Part shown: one piece after another, positions 38,779 to 52,849 of the stretch
How positions within the stretch are numbered: the stretch's first letter is position 1
How the letters are laid out: the number at the start of each line of letters is the position of its first letter
From: Podarcis tiliguerta
Taxonomy: Eukaryota
Length of the DNA: 64,000 nucleotides
Strand: one strand, 5' to 3'
Assembly (NCBI GenBank): GCA_965153285.1
Contig: OZ229111.1
The notes under the pieces: model-generated
The model's input: the letters and a program-made list of their open reading frames with translations, nothing else
What the model was told of the DNA's origin: nothing
The model's database searches: none
Program-made: the position numbers and the translations under genes

Positions 38779-40829
38779 CTGTATAGGAATAGTTTGCCTA
38801 TTGTGGCCTATGCACTGGCAATCTCGCAATTAGGCTATGGCAATGATTATATGTGGGACGATCCTTGCATCTGCTCCAGAGGTTGCAGCCCAGGCAAAAT
38901 TCAGCACTAGAGTGCTGAGTGAGGTAACTTACTGTACACATGTGTCATTTGCGTTAAAAAAAAGAGAAAAAAGCATCAGCTGCCCATTAGTCATTTTCAA
39001 GGCTTTGTTACTGATTTTTAAAGCCAAAACAATTTAGGACCACCTTCCCTTGTACAGACCCAGACAAACTGTACACCCTTTAGAGAAGGCTCTGATGGCC
39101 AGACCATTATAGAGTGTCAAAATGTGATAGAACAAAAGCAGGTTCTTTCAGAGTCTAGAACACTATTGGGAAGCTTCCACTGTGGTAGGCTTTAAATACC
39201 TAAGAAAAACATGCTCATTTCTTCACCCTTTCTGTGTCTCTATTTTCTGATCACACGGCTGGAACATTTCTGTAGTAATTTTTCATGAAATATTTTACCG
39301 GGTTACTAATGCATTTTGATACTATGTATTTATTTTTTGCTCGTGATACCATACTTTATGCAAACAGTTTAGAGATTTTGTTGTATTAAGTGGCATACAA
39401 GTCAAACAAACAAGGGATTTCCAGTACCGTCAAGATTTGTTTACAGTTTAGTTACAAGCAAGCCTTTAATATAGCCTTGCAAATATGAATATTACTAATT
39501 TCCTAGAAATATTTAAAAATATTCTAATCAATTTATGTATATGGAGAGCAGTTGCGTGTTTTAACCTGATGAATTAAATAAAGGTACAGTATATAGCAGA
39601 GTTAGTAAGAAGCCAGCTAGTCATAAATATACACAAAGTTTCTCCTCTCCTTGACTGCTAGGGGTAGTGACAGATACAGGAACTCTGCCAGCATCTTAAG
39701 ATGTAGAAATGCTACTGCTCCTTCTCCCTCCACTCCAAGGAGCAGACATTTTATTTATATACAATGCCCTGCCCTATTCTGAAGTCTCAGGGCAGTTACA
39801 CTTTAAAAAAATCACCACAGTAGCCTTCTCCCCTTTGCAGCGGTTTCCTTTGCAAAGGCAACCATTAATGTCCCACACACAAAACCTTCCAAGAGACATA
39901 AATATTAAAGAAGCAATCTTGAAAGAGGCAGGCACCCTCCAATTATTCAGGCCGCATTTTTATGACATGAACTGACCCCATACTTTTTTTTTTAAAAAAA
40001 GAATGTATTTCTGCACAATTTAGCCATTTACTTTCAGCACAACTCTGCAAGAAAGAAAACCATGAAACAGAAACATCAGCACTGTGTTTAGGAAAGAGTT
40101 CAAAGCCAAGTCCAAAAGATACTCATACAAATTGCTTCCTTATTCCTAATGAGATTTGACTTGTTCTCAATTTTACATTCAACATCTGCAAGTATAATAG
40201 CTTCAGGTATAAAATGTTGTCTTTATTTCTAAAGCGGGCAATGCCAATGTGTGGAAATGTTGCTATTTAGGTTTGTGCTGTTCTGAAAATGGATTATAAG
40301 CACTTGCATTCCCACAACAAAGGATTTCCAAGGCAGCAATCCTGGTCAGTTGAAAAGAGCTGGACTAAGCATCCAAGCTTTGAAATAGGAGTGATGGAGA
40401 GCACAGCAATGGTGAGGTTTGTAAATCTACCACAAATTGCATCATATGCCATATGTGAAGAACTTCTACATTAGAACAAACAACTTCAGTTTCTAGAGAC
40501 AGACAAGGCAGATTGCAATCGCAAATCCTTTAATCATTTAGCCATTTATATTCCCTTCCTTGGACGGTTCCATGTACCAAAATGCCTGTTCAAGAGGCTT
40601 CTTATCTGAGCATTCAAGGGGCAGGGATAGAAAAGGTCTGTTTATTTGCTTTTTAAAAGCTCTCTCTCAATCACAAAATAATGTATAGCTGTTTTAAAAG
40701 CCCGGTCCTTACAAAGTCAACTATTAAATAATTTCAAGTTTGTCACCTTAAGAAACTGCAAGTTAGCCGCTTCCCAAAAGGCAATCATTTCAATTAGCTA
40801 AGTTGATTCAGTAGCCAATATGGCAAGCC

Positions 40830-40958
40830 CCAAATGTTGCTGAACCTGTGGCCCTCCATGTCACTGGAATACAGCTTCCATCATCCCTAATCACTGCTCA
40901 TGTTGATTAATGGGACTAATGGGAGATAGAATCAAACAATATCTGGAAGGTCCCCCAT
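40830..40958. mobile_element. Degraded copy of the palindromic hAT MITE
   Basis: aacctgtggccctcca...ttccatcatccct...atctggaagg; ends approximate. Confidence 0.55.
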
Positions 40959-43900
40959 CAGTACCGTGATTTAAAGGGTAGCCAAAGTACCACCACTCAC
41001 ATTTTTTTTAATATTTAAAGCTCAAAGTATACATGGGTTGGAATGCAAAACTATTTCCAGCAATTATAACAAAAATATCTGGGGTCATTTTAGACATCAA
41101 ATAAATAGGTTGCATGCTACATAAAGGAAACCAGCAAAGCTATGTATGGGTACAATCCCCAGTGAAGAGGTAAGGCTTCACATCCCAAGTGGGGAACGTC
41201 AAAGACACCAGAAAAATCTGCACAGGAATATCCAATTACATTAACTTCCTCAATCTCCTTGCTTACATCAATTCATTTGGTTATTGCTTTTTCAACATCT
41301 GAGCGTATTAGGGAAAATCCTACATGGCAACAATGTAAGGCTAAACTCTAGAAGCAGAGAAAGAAGTTCAGCTGAAAAGAGTCAAGACAGACTTTCTGCT
41401 AGGTAATCATTGAGCTGTTTTCAAACTAAAACTAAATCAGTTCTTGTCCCATCACAAAGGAGCGAAGGCTGCTAACATACTAACATACATGAAGAGCTAT
41501 GTGCATAAATATATATTCTCCTTAGAGATAGTTGCCTGGAAAAGTTTAACTGCAACTCTGATTTCATATTTAACAAGCATTGTACTAAGTCATACTAGGC
41601 GGCCTGAAAATTTTATTTTGCTGTATTATTAGGTTATCAAGCAATTTTATTAAACAACTCATTTTTAAGGATAGAGGGAAAACTTTCCACCCCACATCAC
41701 TGGGGTTTCTGTCAGATGTTGGATGGTGAGTCCCATCCCTCTTTGTACCTGTACAGCACTCAGGGCGGGCAGTGATTCAGCTGGCTACACCTTTTTTTAG
41801 GAAGCAAGGTTATCTTTTGGCAGAAGCTGCATTCTATGCAGAAAGTGCACCCGCCATACCTTTGAATGTAATTACGTACTGTGACTGTATTTCCTCACCA
41901 TTCTCTTCCCATCCCACTTTTACACTTTTGAAAGAAATACACTTTTCATCACCTCTCAAATTACACCCTGCCTGGCTTGGCCTCCAGTTCACTTTTAAAC
42001 ATATGGACATCATCTCTTTCCAGGAGGAAAAATTAGTTGCCTGGAATAGGCAGATATGCAATGCAGCTACAGCTTCAAAGAGTGCTTGCCACAAGAGTGG
42101 CACAGCGGCCTACTGTCAACATCAAATTAAATGGCCTTGTGAGCGCTGGTTACAGGGACACATCCTTCCGAGAGAATGCAATACAATTTTAAATGTATGC
42201 CAGGGGCTGCATGGTTGTGACACAACATAAGGTGGAATGGCAAACAAAATCAAAGTTAATTGGGTCCAGACAGTCCAGGCAGCAAACGAAAGGCTGTACT
42301 AATAATTCTACTCACTATTCTATTATGCTGAGGTGATGTACTGCAGTGGCTAAGAGACAGCACTATGAACCAAGAAGTCCAAAGATTGAAACTTATCACG
42401 TCATTCACATGAGGGTTAAGTGCCTCACTCTGACAGTAATGGTTCAGATTCAACTTTTCACTCGTTTTGGGGAGGGGGGCTGCATCTGAACTCTACTTGA
42501 AGCTTTGCCTGAGGAAAATAAGAACACAAGTACATGCCCCCGCCCCAGGTTGCCATGATTCTACAGGGAGTGTTCAAGAAATCTGATGGAAAAAAGGCTA
42601 ACAGGATCTCAAGCAGCGCAGCATGGGAGGGAGGCAGAAAGCAGATAACAATCTAACTTCAACATTTTTATCCTGTTAAATCTTCTCCTTTGGAAGTCCG
42701 CCATGGTCTTCAGCTTAAGCTTCCACAAAAGCAATTTCACAGCCAAAGTTGAAAACTTTGGCTTTGGGCAAAGTTTTGTTTCCATACAGTTCTATCCAGC
42801 CCCTTCGAGGAAACACTGCCTCTAGATCACCATGGATATAGGGAGTTTGGAAAACTTAGTTCTGCTTATAAAAGCTGCTTCCTGAAAGATTTGGCAGACA
42901 CTACACATAGCTAATCTAGAGGAGCTCATTTGTTGTTTCAGCTCTCTTTCTTTCTTGGGGTCTCCCTCTTTCAATTTCCCCGCCAACCCACCTTTCATCT
43001 GTAGAGCATTCTGCACAGTTGCTTGGACATTCAGAAGAGGGCATAGCCTCCTATTCTACCACAGCTTGTGAGCAGAGTTATGTATTTTGCAAGTTCATGC
43101 GGTAAAAATAAACTATACATACCTACGACCATTTCAGACTGAAGTAGGTTTGAGGTCCTGGTTAGGAAACAGATGTTAAACTACAACAGTTGTTTAATTA
43201 AACCAGGATGTGAGTACCAAGAATGGGAAGAACCACAGGGAGAGGCAAGGAGGGAGTACATGGTCTCATCACTCATCCCCAGCTACTGAACTAAGGTTCA
43301 GAAAGCCAGAAATTGAGCATCTGAATCAGGACAGAGGCTATTAAAAATAAATAAATCTACAGTTTGATATAATTTGTCCTTCCTGTGTGGGTACCTTGCA
43401 AAGCCCTTTAGGAGCTACTTCACACTGCTCCTTTAAACCTCTGAAATCAGGGCACCTTAGAAAGTCTGCTCACTTTGGTTGCATGGGCCTTCCGGGGCGA
43501 GAGGAGAAATAAGCCTTTTTCAAACCCCTGAATGGACCTTTGCAGAACACCACATAAGGTGACAAATGCGTGAGACAACCTACCTGTCAATCATGTGATG
43601 TCATGAAAGTATCATGAGACTGATGAGGTCAAACCTGATAAAGGTTCCCACCCCTGCCTTACATGATCAATATCCTATCACATCATAATAATTTATTGGT
43701 CTGTGAAGTTTCCTGGTACTGTTAGGATGGATGTTAGCTTATTGTGTGACCTCCAGGTCTGCTGGAAATGTCAAATGATACTAAATCATTTCACCATCAT
43801 TTCAAAAGGCTTGTCTACTATTTATTTGAACTTTGCTTAGCCCTAAAGCAGTGTGTAAATGGAGTGAGAATAATGATGCAAAAACTTCAGGGTATTTTAC

Positions 43901-44344
43901 CTTGATTCATGTTTCCATGGATCTTTCAAGTAGTTTGCAGTTTTTTATTCTGTGCATCTAAGAGGTCCGAGCAAGAAATGGCATTAGATTGGTCAAGGGC
44001 TTGAAATCCTACCTTCTGCATTTCCAAACAATGCCAGAGCCATCTGGGTATTAAAAGCAAACAAATAAACAAACAAACACCTGCGGCATTAGAAAATATA
44101 ACCCTCAACTAAAACCAACACATCAGGACTCTGCTGGTCTGAGCTGTTATGCACATGAACAGTTTTCATGATTCGTAGAGAGAATTTTCTAATATTCCTA
44201 AAGAACTAAATATTGTTGAATGCCAACTGCGCAAGATACAATATTTCTATCAAGTATTTCCAACTTTCCTCTAATCAAAGGAGGATGTCTTGGATCTACA
44301 GACTACAGAGCCACCTCCGGAAGTAGCTAGAGGAAAACTTTATA

Positions 44345-44584
44345 CAGTAGTACCTGGGTTTATAGACTTAATCCGTTCCAGAAGTCCGTTCTCAAACTGA
44401 AACCATTCTTAAACCAAGGCGCGCTTTCCCTAATGAGGTCTCCTGCCGCCGGTGCCCTTCCACCGTTCAGATTCTGTTCTTAGACCGAGGTAAAGTTCAC
44501 AAACCAGGACACTACTTTCGGTTTTGTGGAGTTCATAAACCAAATCATTTGTAAACAGGACTGTTCTAAACTGAGGTACCACTG
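44345..44584. mobile_element. Tc1/mariner (Tigger-like) MITE related to 32109-32323
   Basis: ta|cagtagtacc ... gaggtaccactg; shared internal ttaatccgttccagaagtccgttct. Confidence 0.82.
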
Positions 44585-47500
44585 AACTCTTGCAACTTCA
44601 AGAAGATTTTGTAGCGCACATCTGAACAAGGTCAAACCCACTCTCTGATAAACTTCATTCTTATAGAAATGGTGAAACAGCACACAAGAGAAGCCCCTGT
44701 TTATATCAATGTTTAAGGCACAGACTCCTGCTATGCATTGCTGGCTAAATAATAGTAGTGTCCTCATTCTCATAATGGTTGCTCAGTCTTTTAAAAAATG
44801 CACATCTATAACATGAGCAGTGAGGAAAGGAACAGGGACAGGGAAAGTACAGAAACAGCTTTCTGCTAGCATTTAGAGAACTTTTTCAAATCTGAATACC
44901 AAAGTCTTTCCTAATGGTTTCAGAGGTAATCCCACAGAAAAAACTAAATCTTCACTTGAAAAAAAAGAGGGAGAGAACTGATTGGGTGTTGCTATAAGAA
45001 ACAAAACTATAACCAATGGCATTTGTTCCCCACAGAAAAATATTCTGCATGCTGAATCAAAAATGCTTCCTTGGTTCCTACCAAAGGCCTCAAGTCTGAA
45101 TGTGTTATAGTTTTGTGAAGAATGCTAGAGGCAGCTGGATGGGGAGGATCACTGGAAACATTTTTTTTTCAGGCGACAGAAACCACAATGTATAATGTTA
45201 CCAATCAGGGCTTCCCAGAAAGCAGCATATTTGAAACAGAAAGCAGGAGCCAAATACCCACACTGGTAATGAAATTCAAGCGCTAGTATGCTATTGTGAG
45301 TGGGATGCAGAAAAAGCAAATTATAAGGGTGTGGGCGTGTGTGTATGTGTGACAATTTTATAAAAGGCAGAACACAGATAGGACTAATTTCTCCGTAATA
45401 TTAACCATTGGGCTACATGCTTAATATGCTACTCCTCTGGGCTAGATGTCTCCCACCCCGTTCCCAAGCTTCTTTTTTGGGGAGAGTTGGAAGGGCATCC
45501 AACATAAACATTTCTGCTGTACATAAGCTATTCTGTTTCTCCCTCCTCTCTTGAATTTCCAATCCATTTGGTCTTGGAAACACAGGAGGGTTGCTCCAAC
45601 GGCTTGCATAAGGAGAGATTTAGAATGCTGCAGGGACATGGCCATTGACAGTGGCCAGGATTTTGCTCCACCTCAGGGTTTGTTCCTGCCAGAGCAGCCA
45701 GGACAATCTCAGAGAGCTGTGCAGAGTCTGCAAGCCTGAGTTGGGTGTACTGATTTGGTAGGCGCAGATCGGGGAGCTTGATCTTCCCATGCCAACGGTC
45801 CCCTGGCCCCTGGCTGACAAAGGCTGTGCTTGGGCCAGGAAAGATCTCCATCCCGGTGGCCCAAAGCATTTGTGAGCCCGGGAAGCTGGTAAAACTTATC
45901 CAGCTGGGATTAAAATCCAAGCTAGAGAGTGATTCAGGGTCTTGTACAGCTTCCATTCCCTTTGGAACAGACTTTTAAAAGCTCCTCTGAGTTCAGCTTC
46001 AGATAACTTTGCCATCATCCCTGCTTTCCAGTGTAAAGATATTTCATAAAAAGAAAGAAACGGGAAGGCATTTAGCAGGCAAAACACACCAGTCAGGGCA
46101 ACCTTTCTGGAAGTGAGCCTTCCTCTGCTTTCCAAAAATAGGTTGAAATGCTTCAGAAACAGAATGAAGCCGAAATATAATTCCTGTTTTCCCAAGTTTC
46201 GGATGCTGTCAGTTGGGCCTGATACTACGCTCCCTGCCCCCCACCCCGCCCCAATCCCACTCTGCTGGCATGAAAAATTGCACAGCAAACTTTTTTTCTT
46301 TGCATCCAAGCCAGAGTTAGGCTTGTTTTGCTGATACCACAATTTATGGAACAGCTGGAACCAGAATGCACCTCCTGGAAGTAGCCATGGTGGTTGCTAA
46401 ATTGCCATTACACCCACATATACAAAAGGCACTCAAGTGCAAAATCGAATCTTTTAAAGGGCTTTACCAGACATACGAGCCCAAAAGACTCCCTCCACCT
46501 TAAGCAGCAGAAAAATGGTTGAAATTTGTGGTGCTATAATGAAATCAGGAAGTAGCAGTTTGGGGGTTCCCATTCACTTGCTCTCTCCTAAACCTAAACC
46601 CCTCACTGTGACCATCTCTTTAAAAGCTTCAGTGTTTTCAGCGCCAGATGTAGCAAAATTTCCTTTGCTGACCTTCTGCTAAATCATCTCCAGTGTCAGC
46701 AAGGAAGAGGACAGGTAAGGGGAATCGGAGGATATGGGTATTGCAAAAAAGGAGTTAGGAAACTACGAAAGGTAATGCAGAAAACTGTAACTTATGTATA
46801 TATTTAAGGAATTTTTTACACTGCTTTTCAGAGCAAAGTCTTCCAAAGGCAACTTACAAAAGTGACTGTAAGCATAATGAAATTTAAACACATAAGTAAG
46901 AATACGTCAATGTCACACTCAGAACAACAATTTTAAAAACACAGCATGCAACATCTCAGTAACAGGTGAACTAAAACATCCATTCAAAAACCCAGAGCTA
47001 TGCATACCATTTCCAGGGGAAAGCTCCAAATATGTGGGGCCACTACTCAGAAGACCCTCACCATGACAATGAACCTGAGAGCAGGTCCTCTGGCACTGAT
47101 GTAACATGCCAAACATTTAGGATTTCAAAAGGTTAGTGCTTTAAGCTGAGTCCCGAAATGAACAGGCCACTATTGTTACTAATATTGCATTAGCATAAGC
47201 AGATGCATTCTGTACCAGTTGAATTTTTTGAATAATCTTTGAAGACAGTCCTGTGTGAAGCAGTCTAGTATGGCTAACTGAAGCCTGTGCAACTCAGGCA
47301 AGATCTGCTTTTTCCAAGATCTAGTTGGCCAGATGCAAAACTCCTTCTAGCAAAAGGCTAGCCACCAGTAGCTCCTGTACTTTCATATATGGTCTGGGTC
47401 AAGAACTTTCAAGAGCGTGAAGCCCTGTCTAAATTATTGCATACCTCCACCCAGAACAGGATGCTTCCTAACCCACAGAACTTCTTCTGAATCTGGATTT

Positions 47501-47722
47501 AGCTTCTGCCTTTAGACACGTATCTGTTCTGGATTTCCACAGCTTCCCTTGGGATGAGCAGGTGGAAAGAGTAGCATGCCATTTGCAAACCAACAGCATT
47601 GCAGCCCAACTCCCTGGATTATTTATTATTAATAATAATATACCATCCTATACGTGGAGCTCTCAGGGTGGTTCACAGAACAAAACCAAAACCATCATCT
47701 CCCAACATCCGATGCTTCATTC

Positions 47723-47754
<32 letters not shown>

Positions 47755-49424
47755 ATGTGTGTGTAGGATAAATCCTTTCAGCCCCTCGGCCCAGCCATAG
47801 GCTTATTTTATTTTTATATAATGCTCCCAATACATAATTTCAACGCAACTTCACAATTTCAGCAATGCAACATTTAAAGAAATGGAACATGCAACATTTA
47901 AAATCTTTTACTATCCGTGAGAACTAGGTTTAAGATGTGCATCAGAAAAAAGGCTGTGAAGCAAAGAGGGGTATACACCAAAACAGCCTCCCTTCGCTGA
48001 GCTTATCAGCAGTCACTTAAAGACACATCCAACTCCCTCTGTGCATTAATGGGAAGGCTCCATTTTGCATGATAGATGCAGAACAGCATCCACTAGCCTG
48101 CTAAAATGTGCACTTTTTCTGGGTAAAAAAAAAAGTGTGTTATTCTTCTGCATGTTTCAAGAGTGGAAAAAATGAGGAGGCGGCTTTGCTAGTGGGTGCG
48201 GCCATGCCTGGCTTTGGGATGACTTTTTATCCTATAGGTTAAACACTTGGCTGAGTGATTCGTGTGCTAGCTGCTTCAGATTTATGCTCCTGCTGTCCAT
48301 GTACAAGCCTTGGGTGACACGCTAGTGGTTACACACAGATGTTCAAAGCATATGGGGGATAAGATGGTACCTCTGCAGCATCCTAAAGGCCATGAGATGG
48401 AAGTCCCACAACACCACCTTCTGAACTGGTCCCTCAAAGCCACCATAACACTGAGTCTCCAAGTCTCAACCGAGAGAGATGGACCAAAATGATATAATGG
48501 TAATGAAAGTTGCTGCGAACTCCAGGAAAACCAACAAGGGTTATCTCCCCATCTACCGTTCCCTGATTCAAGTCACCCACCAGTATGACCAAAGTTGTTT
48601 CAACCCAAGACCACACCAGAGACAAGACTGAAGCAGATGCACACGATCAGTATCATCCAAGACTTTTAAAGATCTGTAAGGCACAAGTGCTGCGCTGGGA
48701 AAGAGCTGTTAATCTCCAAAGGGAAAAAGTCAGAACTAATTTCCTTCTCTTCCTGCCCTCCCCCCCCCCCAGCATACATATTTTAAAAAGCTAGTCAAAG
48801 TGATTCCACTGAATGAAATACAGTGGGAAGCCTTTAGCTAAAGGAATAGCATGGAGGAGCTATTGCTGTTTTAAAAAGTAAAAATGGTGTGGATGTGAGG
48901 AGTGTGTATCTCTCAAAACTTGAGCCAGTAGCAGGCACTAGGCAAATATGTCCTTCACACACTCACAATGACATTCCAGGCTGAACTTAGAACAGTTGGC
49001 TAAATTGGCAGGGTCAGGAGGGGAAAGAAACAGATCCACAACAGAAGTGACATACTGATAAAATATCTGAATCCTCAGCAAAAAGTCCTAATGATACAAA
49101 AACCAATGTGTATAACCTACACACAAAATGAAACAAATAAATTGCAGGAGAGGTCCAAAAGGAAAGGCTATCCTCCCAACAGTAAACACCTCGGGTGATT
49201 TTAAAACTGCAGCAATCAGCTATTCTAACATATCCTCAGTTCCTTTGCCAGCAATTGGCTATAGCATTTGGCATGTCAGCTCTAGAGCTCCCCTCCGTAC
49301 TTCTCTAGGCATTTTCAGAGACCACATTAGTGTTCAGATTCCAAAAAGCAGCATAACAAGGTATTAAAGAAAAGCCCACACGTGTGCCACTATTCCTTTA
49401 AGATTATTATGGTGGTGATAATGA

Positions 49425-49545
49425 TGATGATGATCATCAACCTCATCCACCCATCTGATTGGATTGCCCCAGCCACTCTGGGCAGCTTCCAACAAAATAT
49501 TAAAAACACAACAAAACACCAACCATTAAAAACTTCCCTGAACAA
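49425..49545 (-). mobile_element. L2 LINE 3' end
   Basis: ccacccatctgattggattgccccagccactctgggcagcttccaaca...attaaaaacttccct, preceded by a short (atg)n/(att)n tail. Confidence 0.6.
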
Positions 49546-49680
49546 CTGTGGGTACTGAACACATAAGTCTATGTTTGAACTATATTGTTAGTGTCTTGAG
49601 GTGTCCTGTTATACAAAGGGAAGAAGGGGCAGCAAAGAATAGGCAACATCCCAATGGATAGATCTGTATTGTTCACCTTA

Positions 49681-49917
<237 letters not shown>

Positions 49918-50727
49918 CTATCATTATTTGACAATGACAGCCAAGGAAGAAAGCCAAGCATGAGATTGGGGAGGGAGGAGATTCCACAAGAGGGCAGAAT
50001 AATGTTCTGTTTTGGAGTTGATAACAAGCTCCCCCATGATGTTGGTAATGTGGGTTACTTTTCTTTGATTTCACAAAGGGTTCAACAAACATGCTCCCTT
50101 GAGTAGCCATAATGACTAGTTAGCTGGCCTCTAGAGAGTAAGACTAGACCAAGGCTTCCTCATCACAGCAACACTAGAGAGTGGGAGGGATAGTTCTTCT
50201 ACCCCTGCTTTAAAGATGACCAGAAGCCTGTTATTTGTTTAAGCTCTGCACTTGGTGGGTGCCAGAAGAGCATCAAAACAAACCTTCACCTGTCCTCTTC
50301 AGCTCCAAGGTGAAGAAAGAAGGCAGATAACTATTTGTCATGCCTGCTGGGTGGCAGCTGTGGGGTTCAGGCTGCTCAAGAGGGGGCAGAGACACAGCAA
50401 GGTGGGCATGCCTCTACTTCTGACTGTTTCAGCAATGCTTCAGCTTGTCTTTTGACTTCAAGAGGCAAGTGTTTAATGGGTATGACACAAGGTTTGAGAC
50501 CCCACCCACTGTGTTGAGGGCATGTCCTGGAGTCAACACATTTCTGGCTGGCCACCAAGACCATGCAAAAATTCTCAACCTCTGATCTCACACAACAATG
50601 AATTCAAATTTGCAAGATTCTTATCTGCACCTTCTGATGCTCATGTCAATGGAATCAAATCCTTCAAAATTTTTCAGAGGAGTTATACATCCCAGGAGAT
50701 TCAAGTTTTCAACATGAGGGTGGGGTG

Positions 50728-50905
50728 GGGGTGGGCATGGCTCAATGGCAAAGAGCATGTTCTGTGTGCAAAAGGTCCCAGGCTCAGTCCCCAGCATTTC
50801 TGCATAGCAGGACTGGGAGAGGCAGAAATGCTGGAGAGTCTGTGTCAGCTAGTGGACAACACTTAGCTAGATGGACTGGTGATCTGATTCAATTATTAAG
50901 CAAGT
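50728..50905 (+). mobile_element. Old tRNA(Ala)-like SINE
   Basis: ggctcaatggcaaagagcat...aaggtcccaggctcagtccccagcat head and gctagatggac...tctgattca 3' part; decayed, not a functional tRNA. Confidence 0.65.
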
Positions 50906-52486
50906 TTATTTCCAAATTGTTATGAGATGGCACCACAGTGAGTCATCAAGCAAACTTGTAGTATAGTCAATACATCATGTTCTGAGAGGAGTAGAAGCAG
51001 AACACTAAACAAACGTAATAAGAATACGGCTTGTCAGGAGTTCACTTTGAACCTTTGGGGGACAGCCAGACACATCCAAAGAACTCTGACCAAGACAAGA
51101 CTCCTCTCATCTCAGACCCTGCCCTCCAATATTACTTCACATACTTGGCAGGGTCCATGTTTGACACATGCCAAATTTTCAGGGTCTCTGTTCACACGCA
51201 TCATTACTGAAATGTCAACTGCCTATGTATTCATATTGCTCCACAGGATAGGTTTCTAAGCATTTCACAAAAACAACAACAGAACTTCAATAAAATCATG
51301 ATGCATCACATGAAAGGTAAGAATTGGGGGGGGGGGGGGGACGACACACCTCAAATTAAGAAAGTTTCCAATTTCAGCCAAATCAATGAAACAACAATCA
51401 CTACTTGCTTTCTAGAGCTCATTAGGGAAGATACTAGGTCAACCTCCCAGGGCAGGGAGTCCATAAGAAGCGCATCATCATTGTTCTTTAAGTCTCCGCA
51501 ATTTTCAGCATGGCACCACTTCGTCTACAATGCATATTCACGTATGTGCATCAAAAATACGGTGAACAATAGAACACAGGTATGTTTTGTATGTAATATA
51601 TGTAATGTAATATTAAGTATATATTGTTTTGTAATGTATTGATATTTATAATAAAATGATAAAAAAAAACACAGGTAGCCAAGAAGCTGGATTCCAATGG
51701 CCATCAGTCCCAGCCACTATGGGCAATGGTCAGGGATGTTTCAGTTGTGGCCCAGCAATATCTTGGGGGGGGGCACCATTTTTACTATCCTTGCACAAGA
51801 GCCATCGCTCAAGTTGTTTGGGACTATCATACAAATCTGGTCAAGCTCCTTTCCTTCCTCCAGTGCTGGGGCGGCAAACAAATCCTTCAACGGGTTAATC
51901 CAAAAACTTTAATTCATTGCAGAACTGTAGCTTTCTTTCATCCACAGTACACTGAAGCAAGCAGTGATTACCTCATTAATATCATTCCCTTCCTGGAAAT
52001 CACCCAGACTGGTGACTTAACAGATGCTTGCCTCTGTCAATGATAAAATATGAATCACTGGCTGGACACTGAGGGAACTGCTGTCACCAGAAAGTGGCAG
52101 TGCCACAAGTCCACCCTTGCCAGGTCAGGGGGAAGAGCCCCTACTTGCAAACAAACAAACAACCCCCCCCCCATCTTCATCTAAGGTGTAAATACATTCA
52201 ACAATTCTACAATTAATACCTTTTGGCAATGGTATCAGGCCAACACAGATCAAAATAAACCAGACTAAAAATGTGTAACAACTGGAAAGCATGAAATGGA
52301 GATGCAAACAGAATGGAGACAAGCAATGTCAATGGGTACAATTAATACAGTTCAGAGAAAGGATATGAACCCCAACTCTACGTATTTGCTGACCCTCCCA
52401 TTCACTGTTACAACAGTATGCACACTTTACTAAAAGCAAATTCCACCAAATCAATTCCCCTTAAAGTCATTCCTAAATCCAGTATT

Positions 52487-52849
52487 GGACGCGGGTGGCG
52501 CTGTGGGTTAAAGCCTCAGTGCCTAGGGCTTGCCGATCGAAAGGTCGGCGGTTCGAATCCCCGCGGCGGGGTGCGCTCCTGTTGTTCGGTCCCAGCGCCT
52601 GCCAACCTAGCAGTTCGAAAGCACCCCTGGGTGCAAGTAGATAAATAGGGACCGCTTACTAGCGGGAAGGTAAACGGCGTTTCCGTGTGCGGCTCTGGCT
52701 CGCCAGAGCAGCGATGTCACGCTGGCCACGTGACCCGGAAGTGTCTTCGGACAGCGCTGGCCCCCGGCCTCTTTGAGTGAGATGGGCGCACAACCCTAGA
52801 GTCTGTCAAGACTGGCCCGTACGGGCAGGGGTACCTTTACCTTTACCTT
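52487..52849 (+). mobile_element. Sauria SINE, full length, young
   Basis: GGACGCGGGTGGCGCTGTGG head with B-box GGTTCGAATCC, (ACCTTT)n tail; perfect 13-bp TSD taaatccagtatt at 52474-52486 and 52850-52862. Confidence 0.95.

Noticed and set aside
44590-44622. Minus-strand VRYKIFLKLQ resembling exon 2 (RRYSKFFDLQ)
   Set aside because: Wrong position (between exons 3 and 4), no splice sites, abuts a MITE. I did not find the true exon 2 in the window.
52487-52570. tRNA-like A/B boxes (also 27618, 32553, 50728)
   Set aside because: They are SINE heads continuing into SINE bodies, not tRNA genes.
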